The notes under the pieces: model-generated
The model's database searches: none
What the model saw: the letters and a program-made list of their open reading frames with translations, nothing else
What the model was told of the DNA's origin: nothing
In this document: piece after piece, positions 18,024-28,162 of the stretch
Layout: each line of letters opens with the position of its first letter
Position numbering within the stretch: position 1 is the stretch's first letter
IMG/VR virus record: IMGVR_UViG_3300032046_000029
Location: 1 to 58,728 of that record
Reading direction: 5' to 3' (one strand)
Source: a virus
Taxonomy: Duplodnaviria; Caudoviricetes
DNA: 58,728 nucleotides
Position numbers and translations under genes: made by a program

Positions 18024-18807
18024 TCTCGGCCTGGCCCGGGACGGGCTTCCCCACTGCCTGGCCTGCAACGATCTGCGCCGGATACGGGCGGATGTGCCGG
18101 TCGGCCATCCCGATTTCGGTAGATTGATCTACTGCCCATCCTGTGGCGAGCAGGCATTGCGCCAGCACCTGGCCCACGTCCACGCCGGCCTGCGTGAGCG
18201 CATCGGGCAGTACAGCATGCGCATCGGGCGTTACGCTCGCCAGACGTTCGAGCGGTTCGACGTCGGTGATACGAGAGCCGAGGGCTATGGCGTTTCTATC
18301 CGAAATGCATACACACTGGCGAAGTGCTTCGCTCAGAATCTGCGCCTCCCCCAAGAGCCGTACAAGTGGCTGGTGCTGTACGGTTCCAGGGGCACGGGCA
18401 AATCCCACCTGGCCGCCGCCATCGTCAACTACCTGGAGACGTTGCCAGAACCGGAGCGGCCGGTGACGATGTTCGTCGTCGTGCCGGACTTGCTCGATCT
18501 CCTGCGCAGCGGGTACAGGCGCGGGGATTACGAGGACCTGCTCGACCTGTGCAAGCAGGTGCAGGTCCTGGTCCTCGACGATCTGGGCACTGAGGCGGCC
18601 ACGGACTGGGCCGCCGAGAAGTTGTTCCAGGTCCTCAATTATCGGTACCAGACCGAGCAGCCGACGGTGATCGTAACCAATTGCAGGCTGGAGGAATTGG
18701 AGCCGCGGCTATGTGATCGGCTGAGTGACGATGACTTCTGTGAGCGGGTGGCGATGGTGGGGCCATCTTACCGTCAGCGCCGGTCGGCTCCCGGCGTGAT
18801 CGTGTAG
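18016..18807 (+). CDS. DnaC/IstB-like helicase loader ATPase
   Basis: LVLYGSRGTGKSHLA, LVLDDLGTE, TVIVTN; N-terminal Zn motif. Confidence 0.9.
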   Translation: MANLGLARDGLPHCLACNDLRRIRADVPVGHPDFGRLIYCPSCGEQALRQHLAHVHAGLRERIGQYSMRIGRYARQTFERFDVGDTRAEGYGVSIRNAYTLAKCFAQNLRLPQEPYKWLVLYGSRGTGKSHLAAAIVNYLETLPEPERPVTMFVVVPDLLDLLRSGYRRGDYEDLLDLCKQVQVLVLDDLGTEAATDWAAEKLFQVLNYRYQTEQPTVIVTNCRLEELEPRLCDRLSDDDFCERVAMVGPSYRQRRSAPGVIV

Positions 18808-19008
18808 GGAGTTCCCAATTCTTAAAATCCAGGGGATATTGGTGGTGAATTTCTAGGAATTGGGGCCATTTCCCTATTGACAGAATCTGGTTAATATGGT
18901 TAAATATACAGTGTAGATGGAGAGAATCACAGAGAGAGTGGACATTCCTTTTTTACCCGAAACCTACAGCCAGAGTGGACAGAAGTACAGAGAGGATAGA
19001 TAGACAGA

Positions 19009-19533
19009 ATGAGCCAGCAGAACCAGAACCCCGAGACAGTCCTCAGCAAGATCGCCCCAAGAATCAAAGGCGCAGCCTACAACATCGCGCGGCGATACGA
19101 CCGGCTCGACCAGGTGGACGACGTCGAGCAGGAAATCACCCTGGCGATCCTCGAGCACTATATCGAGGACCCCAACTTCCTGGCCCAATCCGACTCCTGG
19201 ATCGTCAACTGGGGAGCGACGGCGGCGCGGTGGCAAATCCTGAGCGCGATGGGCCGGGAGAAGTGGGAGAGCCAGGACGAGGGAGCGGACGACGAGGACG
19301 GCGATGGATTACTGGAGCGGGTCCCCGCCGAGGACGCCTACGAAAGCGCAACCCTGGCCCTGGCGGTCGAGCAGGCGCTGGCCGGGCTGGACGCGCAGGA
19401 TCAGCAGATCGCTCGGATGCTGGCACAGGGGAAGGGGCCGCGGCAGATCGGGCCGGCGGTGGGACTCAGTTGGCGGACAGTTTACAACCGGATGAACGGC
19501 CAGATCGCACAGGCGCTGGCGGGGGTGGCGTGA
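19009..19533 (+). CDS. ECF-type sigma70-like factor
   Basis: Region 2-like DDVEQEITL; C-terminal region 4 HTH (LAGLDAQDQQIARML..IGPAVGLSWRTVYNR). Confidence 0.7.
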   Translation: MSQQNQNPETVLSKIAPRIKGAAYNIARRYDRLDQVDDVEQEITLAILEHYIEDPNFLAQSDSWIVNWGATAARWQILSAMGREKWESQDEGADDEDGDGLLERVPAEDAYESATLALAVEQALAGLDAQDQQIARMLAQGKGPRQIGPAVGLSWRTVYNRMNGQIAQALAGVA

Positions 19534-20033
19534 TGGGTGATCTAGCGAAGAAGGCAGTACGATGCGCCCTGGTCCGACTAGGGCACCCTGCCGTAACGTC
19601 GGCCGATTTTGAGGATATGGAGCAAGAAGCAGCGGCGGCCCTGTGGCAGAGCCAGGGGCACGGCGAGAATTACGCCTTCGTCTGCGCTCGCAACGCGGCC
19701 ACGAACTGGTATATTGGGTTCGTGTGGGGCGTGCACAGGAAGGACGTACAGCCCCATGCCACACCAGTTGCCGATGCGCAGGCGTTGCCGGAAGATGAGG
19801 CGGATTGGCACATTGCACCAGAGCCAGAAAGCCGGGGAGGCATCCCGCCAGAGATGCACCTGAAGGTCCTTGACATTTTTCAGAATGCCCGCGATGTAGC
19901 GATTCTGCAGTTGGTGTTGGAGGGATACACCAATGAAGGAATTGCTCAGGAACTAGGCTTGACGCCAGCAAGCATCAAGCGGTATCGGTCAGAGATTCGC
20001 AGGAAACTGGAGGAAGAAGCGAATGGCAATTAG
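19533..20033 (+). CDS. Second sigma-like/LuxR-HTH protein
   Basis: EDMEQEAAAALW..ARN; C-terminal GYTNEGIAQELGLTPASIKRY; start overlaps the upstream stop. Confidence 0.7.
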   Translation: MGDLAKKAVRCALVRLGHPAVTSADFEDMEQEAAAALWQSQGHGENYAFVCARNAATNWYIGFVWGVHRKDVQPHATPVADAQALPEDEADWHIAPEPESRGGIPPEMHLKVLDIFQNARDVAILQLVLEGYTNEGIAQELGLTPASIKRYRSEIRRKLEEEANGN

Positions 20034-20415
20034 AGCGTTTCATGGATACATTACAGAGGAGTTCTTGGCAAAGTTCCAAGGCCGCCTGGATTTCTCCACC
20101 ATCCAGGGTATCAAGGTGTTCGCCAATCCCTGGATGGAGGCAGGCCGCGAGGCCACATTCATTGTCCAGGACGAAGACCTCGACCTATTCGCAACGTATC
20201 AGAATGGCAGAATCCAAGTGCGGGCGACCTGCTGGATTCTACCAGGCCACCTTGACGTGGCATCTTGGACTGCCCAGGAGGCGGCGCAATGGGCGCGCGA
20301 CCATCTGGATTTTTGCCATGAGGGCGAGGCCATTGTAGAATCCTTGGGGCAGTGCCCGGCACCGTCTCGGCAGAAGATCGAGGAGATCGTGGAGGAAGTC
20401 CTCAAGCGAATGTAG
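20023..20415 (+). CDS. Hypothetical protein
   Basis: Coupled ORF with RBS. Confidence 0.6.
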   Translation: MAIRAFHGYITEEFLAKFQGRLDFSTIQGIKVFANPWMEAGREATFIVQDEDLDLFATYQNGRIQVRATCWILPGHLDVASWTAQEAAQWARDHLDFCHEGEAIVESLGQCPAPSRQKIEEIVEEVLKRM

Positions 20416-20711
20416 TCATGCCCGCACATCGGGAATTATCCCGATGGGAAAATAGACGCTGTGCTGAGACCTGTGCCACTGAGAGGTGGCCGATGGCCGA
20501 CTCCACCGATTGGGATTGCAGGAGGTAGGCATAGAATCTAAACAGGCCCATCCCGTGAGCCTAAGTCGGCGTAATCGGGGGAGCCGTGAGATTCGGCAGC
20601 GGGCACCCTTAGTCTATCAGTTTATGACCTAAATCCTTTAGGTCAGGAATTGCACAAATCACTTGTCTCATTCGTTTTATGGGTGTAATATGATCATCGG
20701 GGAGGAATGAA

Positions 20712-20906
20712 ATGGATATCAGGGAATGGAAGGTTCAGGTACGAAGGCAATATGGGGCGATTCGCGTCGTCTCTGAAAGTTCGTTTGAGGCGCGGGGTTG
20801 TTACAAGGTCGGGCGGCGCGTGCTTGCTCGCGTGACATCACCGCGAGGCGGCAAGTATCTCGTCTTCTCCAACGATACTGAGGCACAGAGACGCAAGGCC
20901 AAGTAG
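20712..20906 (+). CDS. Small basic hypothetical protein
   Basis: GGAGG RBS after the repeated promoter. Confidence 0.55.
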   Translation: MDIREWKVQVRRQYGAIRVVSESSFEARGCYKVGRRVLARVTSPRGGKYLVFSNDTEAQRRKAK

Positions 20907-20907
20907 G

Positions 20908-21393
20908 ATGCTCTACATCTTCGATAAGGATGGTACTCTGGTTAGCGGGGCAGATGGTCGCCCTGCTAACTCTACCTCTGAGCAAGTCCCCCTGCCCGGC
21001 GTCGTCGAGCGTATGGCGGAATTACGGGCAGGCGGCCACTATCTCGCCATTGCTTCCAACCAGGGCGGCGTAGCATGGGGCTTCATCTCCAGGAGCCAGG
21101 CGTACAGGCTCGTGAACGACGCTGCCGAAAAGGTCGGTCGCGTGGATGCGGTAGCCGTATGCTGTTACGATCCTAAAGCTATAGTCAAAAATCCCAACAG
21201 CCCGTATGCCCGACCCAGCCTCAGGCGCAAGCCGGCGCCGGGGATGCTCCTGGACCTGATGCACAGGCTAGGATACAGGCCATGGGATACGACCTACGTG
21301 GGGGATCAGGAGTCAGATCGCCAGGCTGCGGAAGCGGCCGGCGTGCGGTTCGTGTGGGCGAGTGACTTTTTCATATCCACAGGGGAGGGATAG
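20908..21393 (+). CDS. HAD-family phosphatase (GmhB/polynucleotide 3'-phosphatase-like)
   Basis: FDKDGTL, SNQGG, RKPAPGM, VGDQESD..AA..AG. Confidence 0.9.
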   Translation: MLYIFDKDGTLVSGADGRPANSTSEQVPLPGVVERMAELRAGGHYLAIASNQGGVAWGFISRSQAYRLVNDAAEKVGRVDAVAVCCYDPKAIVKNPNSPYARPSLRRKPAPGMLLDLMHRLGYRPWDTTYVGDQESDRQAAEAAGVRFVWASDFFISTGEG

Positions 21394-21397
21394 AATA

Positions 21398-21682
21398 ATG
21401 CCTGGAAGAACGCTGGTAGACGTGACTGATTTGCTGGCCCTGGGGGCCGGCATCCCCGAATTGGAATCGAGCCTGGGGCACGAGATGCGCGACCTGGCCG
21501 ATGAGCTCAATTCGGCGTTGGACGGCTACGAGGTGAGCCTGGTACATCTCGACACTGCGGACTATCTCCAGTTCGTGCGGGTGGACCCGACCGAGGGGGC
21601 GTACTGGCAGGAATTGGAGGAGGAGCGGCAGGAGCAGGGCGAGGCGATAGCCGCACTGGCAAAGGAGCAGGCCAGCGACTGA
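21398..21682 (+). CDS. Acidic hypothetical protein
   Basis: GGAGG RBS; ATG at 21398. Confidence 0.55.
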   Translation: MPGRTLVDVTDLLALGAGIPELESSLGHEMRDLADELNSALDGYEVSLVHLDTADYLQFVRVDPTEGAYWQELEEERQEQGEAIAALAKEQASD

Positions 21683-21814
21683 TACCCTGACCTCGATGCA
21701 GTCTGCGATAATAGGCCCGGCATGTGCCGGGCCTATTGCTTTATGGTCATAACCGCTCAAGGTGAGATTGCACAAATCGCGGGCTCCATTTGTTTCATGA
21801 ATGGAGGTGAAACG

Positions 21815-22627
21815 ATGGAAGAACGACAGGAAGAAAAGCAATTGGCGGTTGCTAAGGAACCCCGGATCATGGCCTGGGCTGACCGGGCGGATGTACGAGA
21901 GATGTCTATCCGCGTCCGCAAGTTCATGCCGGGTGGTGACAAGCTCAGCGATGCTGAGGCATTGATCTTGGCGCAGTATGCCTTGACGATGGACGCCAAC
22001 CCGTTTCGGGGCGAGGTCTATGCCTACGTAGACAAGCGCGGGCAACTATGCCTGGTCGAGGGGTACAAATTGCTCGTCCGCTGGTGCAAACGGCAGGGGG
22101 ACTACCTGGAGCGATACGAGCCGATTTCCGGATTGCCAGATGGAGATGTCGGATTCCGGTGCTGGATATTCCCGTTGAACCGGACCAGCACCGTGCAACA
22201 GTTCGTCAAGATGGGGGCCGACTTCAAGACGGCCTACGAACTGGCATCCACCTGGGCGGACGGGGTCGTGCGCAAGATGGAGAAATTTGCGCGGGACGGG
22301 CACGCCATCTCCCCGCCCGCCGGCTGGACCTGGGAGCAAACAGCCAGGAAGCGGGCGCTCAAGGCTGCCCTGCGACTGGCCTACGGCGCACCATCTCCTC
22401 GTGAAATTGCACGCGAGACGTGGATGGTTGCCGATACGCAGACTCAGCCGGATGACTGGACTGGTCTGGAGCAGAATATGCCCACAGTGGCCCGGGAACG
22501 GGTTGCGGAACTCAGCGCCCAAACCAGGGATGCTCTGGAGGAGTTTCGCGTTCTCTCGCCAGAAGAGCAGCAAGCCGCGCTCGAGCAGAATCGCCTACTC
22601 TTGCATGGGGAGGATGACGAGCTATAG
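21815..22627 (+). CDS. RecT/Bet-like single-strand annealing protein
   Basis: ANPFRGEVY..VEGY and RKRALKAALRLAY motifs; GGAGG RBS. Confidence 0.7.
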   Translation: MEERQEEKQLAVAKEPRIMAWADRADVREMSIRVRKFMPGGDKLSDAEALILAQYALTMDANPFRGEVYAYVDKRGQLCLVEGYKLLVRWCKRQGDYLERYEPISGLPDGDVGFRCWIFPLNRTSTVQQFVKMGADFKTAYELASTWADGVVRKMEKFARDGHAISPPAGWTWEQTARKRALKAALRLAYGAPSPREIARETWMVADTQTQPDDWTGLEQNMPTVARERVAELSAQTRDALEEFRVLSPEEQQAALEQNRLLLHGEDDEL

Positions 22628-22696
22628 GTTTATGAACTGAAGGCCATAGCGAATCGAGGGGGCCGGGTTGCACAAATCCGGCCCCTCGTTCGTTCT

Positions 22697-23023
22697 ATGG
22701 GTATGGACACGATTTTACTCCAAACCAGGCCGGTAGACGGCCACGACGGGGACCGGGTCCACATGATCTTCCCGGCCGAACTGGCAGATGACGTTCGAGA
22801 TAACCCCTTCTGCCAGGACCAGTTTCCGCGCTACCATTGGTTCGGACAGGATGGTAGTCGGAACCTGTGTGGGGAGTATGAGTATTACTTTCACCCCTCC
22901 GGCAGGATCGTGGTCGGCGTGTGCGCGAGGTGCGGCGCGGAGTTCGTCAAGCAGTGCAAGCCGCTGCGCCGGAGTAACTTGGTACCGGAGGATCGTATCT
23001 CGAATCTGCGGAGGGTGCTATGA
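22697..23023 (+). CDS. Hypothetical Zn-ribbon protein
   Basis: CARCG motif; downstream of the repeated promoter. Confidence 0.5.
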   Translation: MGMDTILLQTRPVDGHDGDRVHMIFPAELADDVRDNPFCQDQFPRYHWFGQDGSRNLCGEYEYYFHPSGRIVVGVCARCGAEFVKQCKPLRRSNLVPEDRISNLRRVL

Positions 23024-23652
23024 GGATCGCGGAGATCACATCTCCATCATACGTGGACGGGCCGGGAGCGCGGACGGTAGTGCGGGTTCAGGGCTGCTCG
23101 ATCCATTGCCCTGGGTGCCAGAATCAATGCCTGTGGCCGGCCGACGGCGGGATGGAGTTCGATGAGGGTATCCTGGCCGACATGCTGGCGGAGGCTAGGT
23201 TGCCCGTCACCATCACCGGCGGCGAGCCGTTCGACCAGCCTGGGGCGTTGGTCTTCCTCCTGACATTGGTCCGGGCGCAGTGCCCCAACCGGCACATCGT
23301 GGTCTATACCGGCTATGCCTTCGAGCAGTTGGTACAGAGTCATCGTTACGCGGTCCTGGAGGCGCTGGCACAGATCGACGTCCTGGTAGATGGGCCATAC
23401 GTCGAGGCGCTTGATCACGACGGCCTCCAATACCGGGGGTCCTCGAACCAGCGCGTGATCGACATGCGGGCGACGTTCCGGCAGCCGGCGCGGGTCACTC
23501 TCAGCCGTGGCCCGGTCCTCCTGGACTGGGACACACCGGAGATCGTCGTCACCAGCGACGGCGACGTGCTGGCAGCGGCGGACGTCGCACGGGAGTTCGC
23601 GGACCTGGGAGTGCTCCAGGAGACGCCGCGATGTGGGGAGGTGATGGGATAG
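23020..23652 (+). CDS. NrdG-like radical SAM (4Fe-4S single cluster) protein
   Basis: DGPGAR..QGCSIHCPGCQN, TGGEPFDQ, DVLVDGPY, RGSSNQR. Confidence 0.9.
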   Translation: MRIAEITSPSYVDGPGARTVVRVQGCSIHCPGCQNQCLWPADGGMEFDEGILADMLAEARLPVTITGGEPFDQPGALVFLLTLVRAQCPNRHIVVYTGYAFEQLVQSHRYAVLEALAQIDVLVDGPYVEALDHDGLQYRGSSNQRVIDMRATFRQPARVTLSRGPVLLDWDTPEIVVTSDGDVLAAADVAREFADLGVLQETPRCGEVMG

Positions 23653-24014
23653 GGTAATGATGAGGTGTCGCTGGCCGGTCCTGGCCCCTGCTCGCCGTGA
23701 GAAAGACCCCACTGCGCAGCGCTCTATCGGATTATGACGATAATTTGATAGGGTAGCCAAAACAAGCAGTGCCGGGAAGTAAAAAAAGGTCTTGAGCAAG
23801 CCGGGGCCGGCCAGGGGCACCCCATGCCCCAACCTCTCTGTATCTGTGTTCTGGCCGTGCAAGAGGCCCACCCGCAAGGGTGGGCCTCTTGCCATTCCAG
23901 TCTGTGGCATGCCTACGCAATTCTTAAAATGTTCACGAACTAACACAGATGCTTGCACAAATTGCCTCGCTCATTCGTTCTATAGGTAGATCATAGGGAG
24001 ATGGAGGTAGGGCA

Positions 24015-24413
24015 ATGTGTAAGGTAGTAGTCCACCCAGTTACAGACGAGTTGTTCTTGCAAGAGCCGGACGGCGGCTCCCTGGTCACGTTCGGCGGGAC
24101 GAGCCTGAACGTGCAGCGGCTCGAAAAGGCCGCTGGCAAGCCCGTCTCCGAGTGGAAGGCGGCCGGAGAGGTCGCCTCCATAGCCGACTGGCACAACTCT
24201 GATCGTGCCGCTACACTGCGGCAGTACGTCGTGGCTCAGATGTGGTCGCCATACCCCAAGCCGAACGGGATGCAGTTCTATGCCGGTGGGGGGATAGGTT
24301 ACATCTCCGCCTGGGCGCGGGAGCAGCACGGAAATGCCGCCTATTGCAATGCCTACCTCTATCGGGACGCGGCCAGGCTCAAGGCCGAGGTTTTGGGTGG
24401 GGTTGCGTGGTAA
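24015..24413 (+). CDS. Hypothetical protein
   Basis: RBS and repeated promoter upstream. Confidence 0.6.
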   Translation: MCKVVVHPVTDELFLQEPDGGSLVTFGGTSLNVQRLEKAAGKPVSEWKAAGEVASIADWHNSDRAATLRQYVVAQMWSPYPKPNGMQFYAGGGIGYISAWAREQHGNAAYCNAYLYRDAARLKAEVLGGVAW

Positions 24414-24426
24414 CAGGGAGGATGAG

Positions 24427-24969
24427 ATGAAAAAGCAACGATATGCACCACAAAAGTCGTTCTCGCTCTACGGTCGCATTGGATATGGCTCTACAGTAGC
24501 AGAGGCCAAGGCCGATGCTACGGCCAAGGTCGAACAGGCATTGTGCGGTTCCTATAACCCCCTGGTCATCAGCGCGCACGATCAATGCGTGCTGATCTGG
24601 CGCGACCTCTGCGGGTGGGGGTACACGTTCGTTACCCCCGGCTCTGAGGTAGATGGGCACGATGCCATCCCCCTGCACCACCTGTGCGGTGGGATGTACG
24701 CCACCTCTGCGGAGGCCGAGAAGGCGGCGCGCTTTCACCTGGCGCAGAGAATTTTCCGCATCGGCGGGGCAACCGGGCTGGACGTCATCGGGGATGAGAA
24801 GGATCGCCGGGAGCATTACGGTTGGTGTCGGTTCCAGTATGCGTATCGGGCCTGGCAGAATAAAGGATACGGCGATACAGACTGCCACGACTGGGCTTGC
24901 TGGAATCGCTGGCCGGAAGGGGTCGAGCCGTGGGACATTCCACAGGAGGAAAAGACGTGGGAAAAGTGA
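24427..24969 (+). CDS. Hypothetical protein
   Basis: GGAGG RBS, ATG at 24427. Confidence 0.6.
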   Translation: MKKQRYAPQKSFSLYGRIGYGSTVAEAKADATAKVEQALCGSYNPLVISAHDQCVLIWRDLCGWGYTFVTPGSEVDGHDAIPLHHLCGGMYATSAEAEKAARFHLAQRIFRIGGATGLDVIGDEKDRREHYGWCRFQYAYRAWQNKGYGDTDCHDWACWNRWPEGVEPWDIPQEEKTWEK

Positions 24970-25346
24970 CCGTCACTGTCGAGGATGAATCCCCAAAGGC
25001 AGTCGTGCACGCCCTGGTCGCCAGGTGCCTGGGGGAGCGGGACAGTACTGGGATGAACGCGGTCCTGGCGGACTGGCTGAGCGCCACCGGCAATAGCGAG
25101 ACGTTCGGTCGGTATTGCCGCCGCCAGTCCTGGACGCTGGCCCAGGCCCTGTCACTGATCGAGTATCAGAGTAAATACCTTTTCGGTGATGGCCTGGACG
25201 AACGCGAGTTCCACGAGATGTGGCGCATCTTCGGCCCGATCCTGCGCGACCAGGGACTGCTGAGTGCGACCGTCGCCCGCCGGTACCTCCAAGAAGCCAT
25301 CGAGGTAGCACACGGGCCGAGCCGGTCGGCTTACGTGGAGGCGTAA
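24957..25346 (+). CDS. Hypothetical protein
   Basis: AGGAGG RBS, GTG start. Confidence 0.55.
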   Translation: MGKVTVTVEDESPKAVVHALVARCLGERDSTGMNAVLADWLSATGNSETFGRYCRRQSWTLAQALSLIEYQSKYLFGDGLDEREFHEMWRIFGPILRDQGLLSATVARRYLQEAIEVAHGPSRSAYVEA

Positions 25347-25347
25347 C

Positions 25348-25644
25348 GTGGCGAAGAAATCGAAGTGGGTGCAGCGGTGGGAGGTACCGAGCGACAGCAG
25401 GTCGGATACCTCTTACGTCGTGGCGATAGATGCTGAGGGCAACTGGGCTTGCTCTTGCCCGGTCTGGAAGTTCAAGCGAATTACATGCAAGCATATTCAG
25501 TACGTCCGGGACGAGATGGGGGCAGCGCCTGCTGCTCCTGAGCAGCCACGCCCGGCGAGCAGGCCGGCGCAGCCCTCCCCCACGAACGGTAGCCAAGACT
25601 CGGAGCCAAGGTCGAAAAGCAGGACGGCGTTCATCGAGTTCTGA
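25348..25644 (+). CDS. SWIM zinc-finger protein
   Basis: WACSCPVWKFKRITCKHI. Confidence 0.8.
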   Translation: MAKKSKWVQRWEVPSDSRSDTSYVVAIDAEGNWACSCPVWKFKRITCKHIQYVRDEMGAAPAAPEQPRPASRPAQPSPTNGSQDSEPRSKSRTAFIEF

Positions 25645-25665
25645 TCGTAAGTCTACAGGAGTGCT

Positions 25666-26577
25666 ATGGAAATCGGAGATCACTTAGAGAAGCAGAAACC
25701 GGGCTGGCTCTTGCCATACCTGTTGGCGCTCGACACACTCGACGTGGACGAACCGGACGAGGATTTGCGGGGGCCGATGCCGTTTCACGGGCATGGCCGG
25801 TGGGACTACTGGCTCGACGCTTGTCTCCAGGGCCAGGTGCCGGAGGGCGACATTCCCCGAATCGAATTCGAGCAGACCCCTGAGCGAGTGGATTCTCTGC
25901 ACATCCGAGAGATGCTCAGGCTCTACGTGCAGAAATATGGATCGTGGTACGACGACGCCTGGCTCCAGATGGTACGCTGGCTCCTGCACGGGTTCGGGCG
26001 CAAAGGACTGGAGAAGGAAGTCGAGCGCATCCCGGCGGAGATTCGCAACTTCTGGTACACGCAGTTCAACCTCGCCTACCTGCTCCACTCCCCATGCGAC
26101 TGGTCCGCCTGCCTGCTAGAGAGTCGGCTGCATTGGATGAAGCCGGGGACGGCCAAGTGGTCCAAGTCCACTGCTTTCTTTTCGACGCCCCTATCGGTCG
26201 GCAAGATGATGGTCGAGATGGTACTTGCGACCGGGGACCCTGAGGACGTCAAAATTCAGACCGTATGCGATCCGTGTTGTGGAACCGGTTCGCTATTCCT
26301 GCCAGCGTCGAACCACAGCCTGCGCCTCTATGGCGTAGACATCGTGTACGACCTGGTGCTCTGCGCAGAATTGAACGGCTGGCTGTGGATGCCTTGGATG
26401 GTATTCAGTACGAAGGAGATGGACGAGACCTTTGCCAACCTGGACGAGCAGCGCGGGAACGGCCACACGCCGCAGGGGGTCCGGCTGGAGACCAGGCCGG
26501 AGAGGGTCGAGGCTACGCAAGCGTATCGAAACGGGGAGATCGACCAAGGGGACTTCTTCGCCAGGTTGGGAATGTGA
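25666..26577 (+). CDS. SAM-binding methyltransferase-like protein (N6-MTase fold, apparently without a catalytic NPPY motif)
   Basis: FFSTPLSV..MM, VCDPCCGTGSL, LYGVDI. Confidence 0.7.
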   Translation: MEIGDHLEKQKPGWLLPYLLALDTLDVDEPDEDLRGPMPFHGHGRWDYWLDACLQGQVPEGDIPRIEFEQTPERVDSLHIREMLRLYVQKYGSWYDDAWLQMVRWLLHGFGRKGLEKEVERIPAEIRNFWYTQFNLAYLLHSPCDWSACLLESRLHWMKPGTAKWSKSTAFFSTPLSVGKMMVEMVLATGDPEDVKIQTVCDPCCGTGSLFLPASNHSLRLYGVDIVYDLVLCAELNGWLWMPWMVFSTKEMDETFANLDEQRGNGHTPQGVRLETRPERVEATQAYRNGEIDQGDFFARLGM

Positions 26578-26642
26578 TTGCACAAATACACTTTTGCTAT
26601 AGAATTATGAACCTAACATCACAGAGCGGGGAGGGTACACAA

Positions 26643-26891
26643 ATGGAACCGGAGGAAATTGAGACGGCCCTTGAGGGTCTAACGAATCCAACTACGGCTC
26701 CCGTATTGGCTGGGGCATTAGGATACAGGAACTACACATCTGTTACGCATGCCTGTCATAGGGGGGGAATTCCTGGTGCTGTGAAAGTGGGGAATATATG
26801 GCTTATCCCCTTGGCAGGCGTGAGACAAGCATTGAAAGAAGAGACTCTAAGACCGAGGTGGAAACAGAAGCCCCCTACAGTGACAGTGTAA
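26643..26891 (+). CDS. Excisionase-like HTH protein
   Basis: CHRGGIPGAVKVGNIWLIP. Confidence 0.65.
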   Translation: MEPEEIETALEGLTNPTTAPVLAGALGYRNYTSVTHACHRGGIPGAVKVGNIWLIPLAGVRQALKEETLRPRWKQKPPTVTV

Positions 26892-27098
26892 TGCAGGCCA
26901 GTTCTGCTGTACGTTTTCCTAGAAATGCCCTTTCCCTCTTGACAGAATAGCATAACTGTGCTATTATAAGCATTGAGAGTTAGGTAGGACCTTGAAAGCC
27001 TAGACAAGAGAACGGCCCCGGTAGGTGTTGGAAGCACCCGCCAGGGCCTGGCCCCACAAGCCGAACGGGCGGCGAGCAGGGTTGTGCATATTATACCC

Positions 27099-27140
27099 AA
27101 AAGCCATCGTTCGGCAAACGGACGATGGCTTTTTTGTTTT
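27099..27140 (+). terminator. Intrinsic terminator
   Basis: aaaagccatcgt...acgatggctttttt. Confidence 0.7.
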
Positions 27141-27159
27141 CTAAGGGAAGGAGCGAGCA

Positions 27160-27345
27160 ATGACCGCAGAGCAAATCTTGAGCGAGGCTTTTTGTCTCGG
27201 GCGTGACCTGGAATCCCACACTGGCGAGCGGGAGACCAATCCCGATAACTGGGATGCCGTCTGTGAATACGTCGCTGAGGAAATGGCGTGCCTGGTAGGG
27301 CAGTTGGCCGACCTCGGGGCGCGCCGTCCAGGCCAGGGGGGATAG
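27160..27345 (+). CDS. Hypothetical protein
   Basis: AAGGAG RBS. Confidence 0.5.
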   Translation: MTAEQILSEAFCLGRDLESHTGERETNPDNWDAVCEYVAEEMACLVGQLADLGARRPGQGG

Positions 27346-27534
27346 GGACAATGCCGCAAGAAATCATCAATGGCATTCTGGTCACGTTCACGGGAGACCG
27401 GCACGAGAAGGCAGCCGAGATCGTAGCGATGTTTGACCGGCTGGCGATTCGCCCGGTCCCGGACAATGAGGGGCGGGGGCCATCATTGGCCCCCGCCATG
27501 TTGGAGTTCCCTATCGTAAATCGAGGAGGGTCTA

Positions 27535-28080
27535 ATGCCCGAAAAAGAAGAATGGCGAGATATTGAGGGTTATGAGGGAATCTATCAGGTATCCAATGAA
27601 GGGAGAATTAAACGGGTTGCCAAGCAGAATAACACCTGGCCGGGGCGCATCTTGCGTGGTGAACAGGACAAAGATGGCTATCGGCTTGTTCGCCTTTATC
27701 GCAACGGCCAAGGAAAGTTACTCAAAATCCATCGCCTAGTATGTTGGGCATTTAATGGACCTCCCCCGACCACAGAACACCAAGTCAATCATAAGAACGG
27801 GGTAAAGAATGACAACCGAGTATCAAACCTGGAATGGGTAACTCCATCAGAACAGCAAATACATGCTTGCTATGTATTAGGGCAAAATCATCAATTTAAT
27901 GTCCCCCACTATAGAGGTGAGGAGCATGCTAATGCTAAGCTTACTGCAGAAGATGTCTTATTGATTCGTGAATTACAAATTACGGGACAGTATACATTGA
28001 CTGAGTTAGGCAAGCTCTTCGGTGTTACCAAACAGAATATCCGTTCGGTTGTTAGTCGCAGAACGTGGCGTCATATTTGA
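27535..28080 (+). CDS. NUMOD4-HNH homing endonuclease
   Basis: EEWRDIEGYEGIYQVSNEGR, IHRLV, VNHKNGVKNDNRVSNLEWVT. Confidence 0.93.
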   Translation: MPEKEEWRDIEGYEGIYQVSNEGRIKRVAKQNNTWPGRILRGEQDKDGYRLVRLYRNGQGKLLKIHRLVCWAFNGPPPTTEHQVNHKNGVKNDNRVSNLEWVTPSEQQIHACYVLGQNHQFNVPHYRGEEHANAKLTAEDVLLIRELQITGQYTLTELGKLFGVTKQNIRSVVSRRTWRHI

Positions 28081-28162
28081 GATTCGGTTGCACAAACCAG
28101 GCCCCTCATTCGTTCTATAGATGAGTGTATGACCTTATGATCCTAAGACTACAGAGAGGGAA

